In this document: positions 50,344-64,000 of the stretch, one piece after another | How positions within the stretch are numbered: the first letter of the stretch is position 1 | How the letters are laid out: each line of letters starts with the position of its first letter | Assembly (NCBI GenBank): GCA_973895155.1 | Contig: OZ316894.1 | Coordinates: forward strand, 24,178,709 to 24,242,708 | Length of the DNA: 64,000 bases | Direction of reading: 5' to 3' | From: Marsupella aquatica | Lineage: Eukaryota > Plantae > Marchantiophyta | Program-made: the position numbers and the translations under genes | The notes under the pieces: model-generated | What the model was told of the DNA's origin: nothing | The model's input: only the letters and a program-made list of their open reading frames with translations | Database searches by the model: none

Positions 50344-52265
50344 TCATGCAACGAGAGCAGGAACTTTGGATGCTGATCTATACTTGACGAAGGCATTCAC
50401 TAAGTCGTCATTCGTCGAGATGCCGTCGACAAGGACATTTGTTGAATTGTCATCTACTTTACCAGTCCTCGAGTTCCCATTGCAGTGACCGCTCGCTGAC
50501 TTGCCACTGACATGACCAATCCTTGAGTTGCCAGTGCCATTGATGACATAACCAGATGCAGAACTGCCGTTGACCCTATAATTCGTTAAGTAGCAAGTGA
50601 CCAGCTTAGCTTTTATTTCCTCAGGGAGTCGACCTGGCTTGGAGTTCTTGTCGAGGACAACTACCGTGGATTTAGCGGACATGACCAACTGCACATGCCA
50701 GTCAGTTAATTCAGCACTCATATGAGTAATTAATCGAGCATGGGTAGATGATAGAATGATAATTGAACTGGGTTTCTGTCGTTGCTGCTACAAGAGCTAT
50801 CTCCTTTCCAATTATACAACCATCAACTCACAACGAGAGTTATTGAAAGCAATTGCTCACTCGTACATCTCTTTCAGGAAGCCTGTAGATGTGGTCTTCA
50901 AATATCAGTCGAACTGCAGTTGTTCCCGCCACTCGTGAACTTACAATATACCGATCACCACTCTGTATCAATCCACCATATATTAGAACTAACACGACGA
51001 ATTTCCAACCTTTAATTTCACTGAACAAGGAGAGTGGGCAACGTGTAAGCGTTGCCGAGGTGAAGCTACGGTAGTCGTTCCCCTTAGTACAACGGTGATG
51101 GATCCTTTAAGACATGGTGAGAACCAAACCAGTAATTGACATATCATGGACTCTCAAAGACTACAGATGGAGTTTCTTTATTCCGCAGAAATGGAAAGAG
51201 GGCGTACTCTGAGAGGTGACAAGAATTTCATGGACATGTCAGATATCGCCATAGCTCTCCCAGTCTGAGTCACCGCATCTGGACTGAAACCGATGTTCTC
51301 CAAAAGCTCAGTTCGTGCTGCACATGACAGCAGACCAACGGATCGTATCCTGATTAGAGAGTGACTCAGATGTGTTAATTGAAATTGCGAGGAGAAATAT
51401 TGCTAGACTCCTAAGGCTAGCAGGACAAAACAGACGAAAGGTCACCTAGAACTTAAACTCGATCCTCACTCGAGAAACAAAGAATCTACATTCTATCTGC
51501 AAGATGCAACTTCAGTACGTTCAAGCTGTTCAACTTTTATACTGATTATTATCGATTATTATCGAAGGCTAGATAAGAGACAGAGACGTATCGAATAAAT
51601 GAGGAGAATGCTCACCGTGCTGGCAAAACTGAGCGTAAATGGCATTGTTTACGACACCGTAGTGATCAAGCTCATAGTCACGAACTTTCTCCTCGATTTC
51701 GTACGATTCGAGCATTCTGTATAGATGATCCGCAGAGATTAGCGAGTGCAGAGAATTAATCAAACAGAATCGACAAATTCTTGTGATTCTCACGCCTATG
51801 ACGAGCGGTCGCAATTGTTTTCCTGACAATAAATTATGGGACAACGAAGACGCTGAGTCTACTCCTTTTCCGTGGGCATCGATCAGAACGCACAGAGTAA
51901 ACTTACTCAACGTTCGCGGGCAATTTCTCGATCTCGGGCACCGACAGAGCATGAGCAGAAATTCTGCAACCCCCGCGGGAGCAGCGATGATCTTCGCTAC
52001 CACGGTGCCGAAGCGAATTGCCCAAGCCGCTGAACGACGCCGATGTGGATAGAGATCTCTCGAGAGATCTCTGTAGTACCCCGCCGCTCAGGAATGCCTT
52101 CTCAAAGCCGCCACCAGAACCAGTCTGGTGAAAATTGACAGCCATGTTAGCTCTTGCGTGTAAATTGCACTTAGGCGTGCTTGCTGCTCCTCCGAAGCTG
52201 CAGCCTCCTTCCCTACCTCTGCCCACCTGTAGGAGAGGCGGACATTGACGAGTAATGCTCGTCAT
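50344..52265 (-). CDS. Acyl-lipid/acyl-ACP thioesterase (ALT/MKS2-type single hotdog fold), probably plastid-targeted, 5 exons
   Basis: [23 protein letters not shown]|[10 protein letters not shown]...MKFLSPLR|[11 protein letters not shown]...[12 protein letters not shown]|...[13 protein letters not shown]. Ser/Arg-rich N-terminus. Alternative start at 52145. Confidence 0.88.
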
Positions 52266-53930
52266 TGCGACTGCGGATAGAGCTAAGTAAACTCGTGTCG
52301 CTCTAAGTCACTTACTTGCATTGGAGTCAGAAAGGAAGCTTGCACTGGATGAAAATGTAACGGTCTATATACCTTGGGTTTCCACCTTGGAATCTGGACA
52401 ATTATCGTTCTCTCTCCGAGCATGTCTCAGACGCTCAAACAAGACAGCTAGTCTTGACCATCTAAATGAATGCTCACGGCAGGCATTATTCCGCCGCTTT
52501 TGGGAGCTTGTCGATTTTGGGCTTGTACTACAGTTCCACTATCTTTTACTGTATATGTCTTTTGTCAATGGTTCTCATTCCCTCTCGGAGACTTCGTCCG
52601 ACAGAGTATGGGAAAACGAGACGACAAAGTTTGACTTCTATTTCAACATCGGCAGCGACCTCTGCGCGTTGGAAATTGGAACCTGGAACGTCACCATGAC
52701 TTCATCGGAATCCTTGAAAAACCTTGAGTTCCCATACAGCCCAAGGAATGGTTCGAATCTCCTTCTCTCTCGGAGACTCTACTGTACCGACTCCTTCTAC
52801 AGTAGAGGGAATGATGGAACAACGAGACGACAACGTCGGAATTCAATTTCAAGTTTCAACCTCTTCGCGTTAAGGCTTGGGACCTGAACAACTGAACAAT
52901 AGAACATCCCAGCTTAATTTTTTAGGTTTTTTGTTATTCGCTTGTGGTTAATGTCACCTGGTGAGGAAGGAGCGTATGCTATGAATATCCAAATTTTGTT
53001 GGATGATTCTGACCATCAGATTTTCCCAGGTGGGAACCTGTGGCTGGAGGACAAAACACCTAGGATTTTCGCTAAAAGTGTTGAAGGCTTTTCAGTGACA
53101 TGGAATCTAGTAAATTCTCGCCACTAAAAACCCTCAACAGAACATCCCCTAAGCCTCTTGGAATCCCTGATAAACCCTGTCAAGAGTACTCAAAGACAGG
53201 TCCCGAGACAGGTTTGAAGGCCGGCTACTTTCAATAGAGTCGAACTCACGAAATGAAAAAACAAATCCAGGAATCAATCATGGATACGACTTCGGTGGTT
53301 TCTTTCTTATTCTGGAATTTGTACTGTTGTCCCCAATTCAGGGCCTTTTGAGAGCAGTCATGAACGTACTGTCTTATTGAAATTGAGCGAATCAATGATA
53401 CCCGTTTATTTTTATGAAGACATTGAAGCTTTACCTTGAATAAGAAAAATGGTTCTGTTTGTGGTTAGTCGTTATCAGGTTTTAGCCAACAGAATCAACG
53501 TCAAGGTCTCCCGTCCCCAAATCAGCATAGACAAATCGCTTCATACTGGTCCCACTTTCAAACTCCAGCTCACATGTCCCCAAACATGTCTACAGAAGGT
53601 TTTGCATGGAGCTGTCTCTCATTAGAGGAGTCACAATTTTCCAAACAAGCGGATCACTTTTGGTAGATCTAATTTTAAGTCACTAAGTATTTTAATTTGT
53701 CGCCTCTCAGGTTCTTCCCAAATACTTACTGACACTAACAAGTCAGTGTTCTTGAGAAATCACTCATTGGATTATTAGAATAAAATTCTAATAAATGAAA
53801 GTTATTTTTAATTTTTTTGAGCTAATAATTATAACAAAAAATTATACTAAATATATTTAAAATTTTATCAAAAATGGTACAAGCATTTTTTATTTAAACT
53901 TATCTTTTAATATATTTTTTCAAATTTCAT

Positions 53931-54118
53931 TGGTTTTACTGTAAATGATTCACCAGGTCAGAATAATTTACACAACACTCTTAATAGTACTAGTACCGCT
54001 ATTTTCAATAGTCTATGGCACTAGTTCTGGTTTTACTGTAAATGATTCCCCAGGTCAGAATAAGTTACACAACACTCGTAATAGTACCGCGTTTTTCAAT
54101 AGTCTATGGCACAAGTTC
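53931..54118. repeat. Tandem duplication of ~95 bp
   Basis: tggttttactgtaaatgatt...gtctatggcac occurs twice in tandem. Confidence 0.85.
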
Positions 54119-54446
54119 AACACTGAACACTTTGGAAGGCTTTGTAGAAATGTCAAGGCCAAGGTGACTATACTTTTTTCTAGATTCTCGGACAGAAATG
54201 GTAGAGCTAATAACTTACAGACGTGTCATGCAGAAGAATTCACTTGAAAATGTAGGAAACCGAAGATAGTAGGTTGCCAGACTTCAAAGAAAACAAGAAA
54301 TTATGTCAACGAATACAATACTTTTCCGAGATTCTTTTTCATTCTTTAAAGAATCTATCAGGACATTGTAGAATAGACTCAATGGTCCTATGTTCCACGT
54401 AACTATGTCCAATACACTTTCTCATCGTTGAATCACCAGGGTCCCT

Positions 54447-54960
54447 AAAGTGTCCAAAGCTTCTCAATTTTTCACTTCCCAAGAATGTTTCAAACCCTTT
54501 CTATCATGATCAATTGAGATGAGGCAAGAGGTAGAATTGCTTAGAATTGCGCCAAATGTACACAAAGTTCGTTATAAAGTGTCCAAAGCTTCTCATTTTT
54601 TCACTTCCTAAGAATGTTTCAAACCATTTCTATCATGATCAATGGAGATGAGGTAAGAGGTAGAATTGCTTAGAATTGCGTCAAATGTACACAAAGTTGG
54701 TTATAAAGTGTCCAAAGCTTCTCACTTTTTCACTTCCCAAGAATGTTTCAAACCATTTCTATCATGATCAATTGAGATGAGGTAAGAGGTACAATTGCTT
54801 AGAATTGCGCCAAATGTACACAAACTTCGTTATAAAGTGTCCAAAGCTTCTCACTTTTTCACTTCCCAAGAATGTTTCAAACCCTTTCTATCATGATCAA
54901 TGGAGATGAGGTAAGGGGTAGAATTGCTTAGAATTGCGCCAAATGTACACAAAGTTCGTT
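54447..54960. repeat. Tandem repeat, 4 x 129 bp
   Basis: aaagtgtccaaagcttctca starts at 54447, 54576, 54705 and 54834; the units are nearly identical. Confidence 0.95.
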
Positions 54961-55590
54961 TCAAGCAATAAGAAAATAGCTACAGTAGGTGCAACAGGGG
55001 ATTGGCAGCGACGAACGAAATGTATATAATTTTTATTTATGAGCCCCGAGGAAACTCCCTTATCCAAGCGGACTGAAACCACTACCCACTTCCAGATCCT
55101 GGGTGGGCTATTATTTCTACCGTTGTGGCTGGGGATGTCCGGTTTGTGGGGTCTCTTTGGTCTGCTTGGGGTCTTCTTCTTCCTTCAATGTCCCACATGG
55201 CCCTGAAGGAAGACACCAAGATCGATATTCAATATCAACCATGCAGATATGGTTCGACTGTGGCAAAACTTGGCTTAAGCGCTAAATTCTTTGAGAAATT
55301 TCACGGATTGGAAGCACTATTGCTTAAGCGCACTCGTCACTGGCAGTACGTGCCCTTAGATTGAATCTGGATTCTAAACTCATATCAACCCCCAGGTCAA
55401 CCCCAAAAAGAACTCAACTTCGAATCTCAATTTATAAGGGAATTCGAAGTAAGTTATCAGCGTCTTGGCCAATTGCATATTGTATTGGGATTTTCCCACA
55501 GTAGCCCACTCCTGGGTTACCGAATTTGCTGAGACATTAGAGTGGATCTTCATTGTTGTTGTCTTGTCGTTGTTTGCGTTAAGTTGAAGA

Positions 55591-59518
<3,928 letters not shown>

Positions 59519-59548
59519 CGCATATGCGATCGGTATGTGATTGCCCTC

Positions 59549-59755
59549 TGCCTTCGATTTGAACTCGATCGTCAAGTCAGTACCCAAATTTTACTTTCTT
59601 GCCAGCAGCTCTTGTTCGATGAAATATGCTCTGTTGTACATTCAATGACTATTGTGCCTTCGATTTGAGCTTGATCGAGTCAGTACCCAAATTCTACTTG
59701 CCAGCAGCTCTTGCTCGATGAATTTTGCTCTGGTGTACATTCGATGACGATTGCA
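59549..59755. repeat. ~105-bp tandem duplication immediately upstream of the OPR-like start
   Basis: tgccttcgatttga...gtcagtacccaaatt...gccagcagctcttg...gtacattc occurs twice. Confidence 0.8.
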
Positions 59756-61360
59756 CCGTGTTGTATTATACCAAGGACGAAGTAGGGAGAGAACTCCAGG
59801 GCATCGATAACGTACTGTACATGTCCGCTGCTGAGACTGCGGTCAAAGGTGGGCATAAGTCAAAGAATGTCAGCTGCGCGACTGTTTTGCTGCATGGGCC
59901 CACATTCCATCGACGCACTGGAAGTCGACTACTAGTCTACTAGAGAGATGGAGTTGCCACTGCAGGCGTGGTGACCACGGTTTTGGACAAGGTGGCGGCG
60001 AACAAGAGCCGGAGACTTTGACACCAGTCCTACTTCAGGTGGGGAATTTGAGACGTGCACGAATACGATCAGCAATGATACTTTATCCCAGTAGAAGTCG
60101 CTCATACAGTTGAAATACCCCTTCCGGAAGGGAGAGTACACCACACTTAAGACTGCAACTCCTTGCAATGAGGACTATCGGCAAGTTATCGCTAGAAGAA
60201 GAAAGCTCCGGTTCGAGGTCAGCATCCACTGCGAGCATTGATCGCATTGACAATCATCCATCAAAACATTCTGGACGAGGTGTTTCAGCGTGTGATGGGA
60301 TCGGAATTGACAAAGTAAAGAGGAGAAATCCTGCTCGTTGACACGGAAGGCAAAGCAACGGAAGGCAGTTGTCAAATTCCGTACGTCAGCGCCAAGCATC
60401 CAAGAGCATCACCTCATTCACAACAGGGAGGATGCCCGTGGGCAGAGTAATGAACGAATGAGGTACTTCGTATCCCGGAATCCATCGTTTACTCACTGCA
60501 CTAGGAAAACCTTGCATCTGACAATTTTCATGGAGATTTTCCCTCGTCCTTGTTGAGATGGATACAAGATGAGAGAAATAAAGGCCGAAGTAGGGCTTCG
60601 ATTGTACCCTGTAGTTGAACCTCTAAATGTCCACTCATCCTGGTTGTATCTCCTTAGCATAGACTTTGTCTTACATACTCAGGATGAATCCAGGGGATGC
60701 TTCTTCTTAAATGAGTTGTTCCTCGTCCATTCTAGTTTTCAATGGAGGGAGATAATTGAACAATATTGGGTTCACATGAAGCGAGAATAATCGTAGCCGA
60801 CCAAGACGAATGCTTCTGGATAAAGTCTACGTCTCTGAGAAGAAAATCGTCACTATGAGCGCGACGAACACAATCAACCTTTATTCTGCGTAACTTATTA
60901 AAGTCCAACATGACAAAAATAGTGCCACGGGAAGGGAAAAGGACTGTCCCTACCTGATTTACTCAAAAAAAGTCATGCCTCCGGCTTAAATTAAAAGAAT
61001 TCTCCCTGTCTCATTACTCAAAACAAAGCGGTAAGCAAGTTGGCCAAAATTGCATCGTCCTACAGATAGGAAAATGCCTATCTTGCTTCTACTCCGATTC
61101 GAAGAACTATAGTCTCAGCTTCGCTCTCACAGGTTCCACTTGGGGAAGGGGAATGACAAAATCCTCCAAGCCATTAAAAATCTCCCGTATTTCATTGCTC
61201 CCACTCGGCCATATTTTGACCTATGCATGTCTGCGACATCTTAATTATTAAGATTCTCTCTAACTCAATGACGAATGTCATGACATGCCAGATTGGCAAC
61301 CACAACTCAAAGACAAGTTTATCCAGGTAAGAGAACAATGGCCACGATGGCCAATGCCCC

Positions 61361-64000
<2,640 letters not shown>

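Noticed and set aside
59932-60399. Co-framed minus-strand ORFs upstream of OPR
   Set aside because: No identifiable family; cannot be supported without a search

Overview
Eukaryotic land-plant genomic DNA with spliceosomal GT-AG introns. A bryophyte or other non-seed plant is a guess. Bases 1-32.1 kb are a stack of decayed, nested transposons. In order they are: (1) an Athila-type LTR/PBS/gag stub; (2) a Sola/DUF7869-like transposase gene with three N-terminal Tnp1/En-Spm-like repeats, preceded by two arrays of a 21-bp palindrome; (3) a large CACTA/EnSpm-like element whose transposase is split by a truncated LTR retroelement carrying a ~1,200-codon extra ORF; (4) a Copia element cut inside its integrase by the CACTA-like end. 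The most notable feature is the CACTA-like element's second gene. It appears to splice a plant-transposon-protein domain to a CHR27/28 (FRG)-like SNF2-RING helicase, so the transposon carries a relative of an RdDM chromatin remodeler. Bases 35.5-64 kb hold four host genes: a full-size ABCG/PDR transporter (+), an ALT-type acyl-ACP thioesterase (-), an OPR/OYE reductase with unusual FMN-site substitutions (-), and aspartate carbamoyltransferase (-, 5' end probably outside the window). All family calls come from reading motifs by eye; no searches were run.
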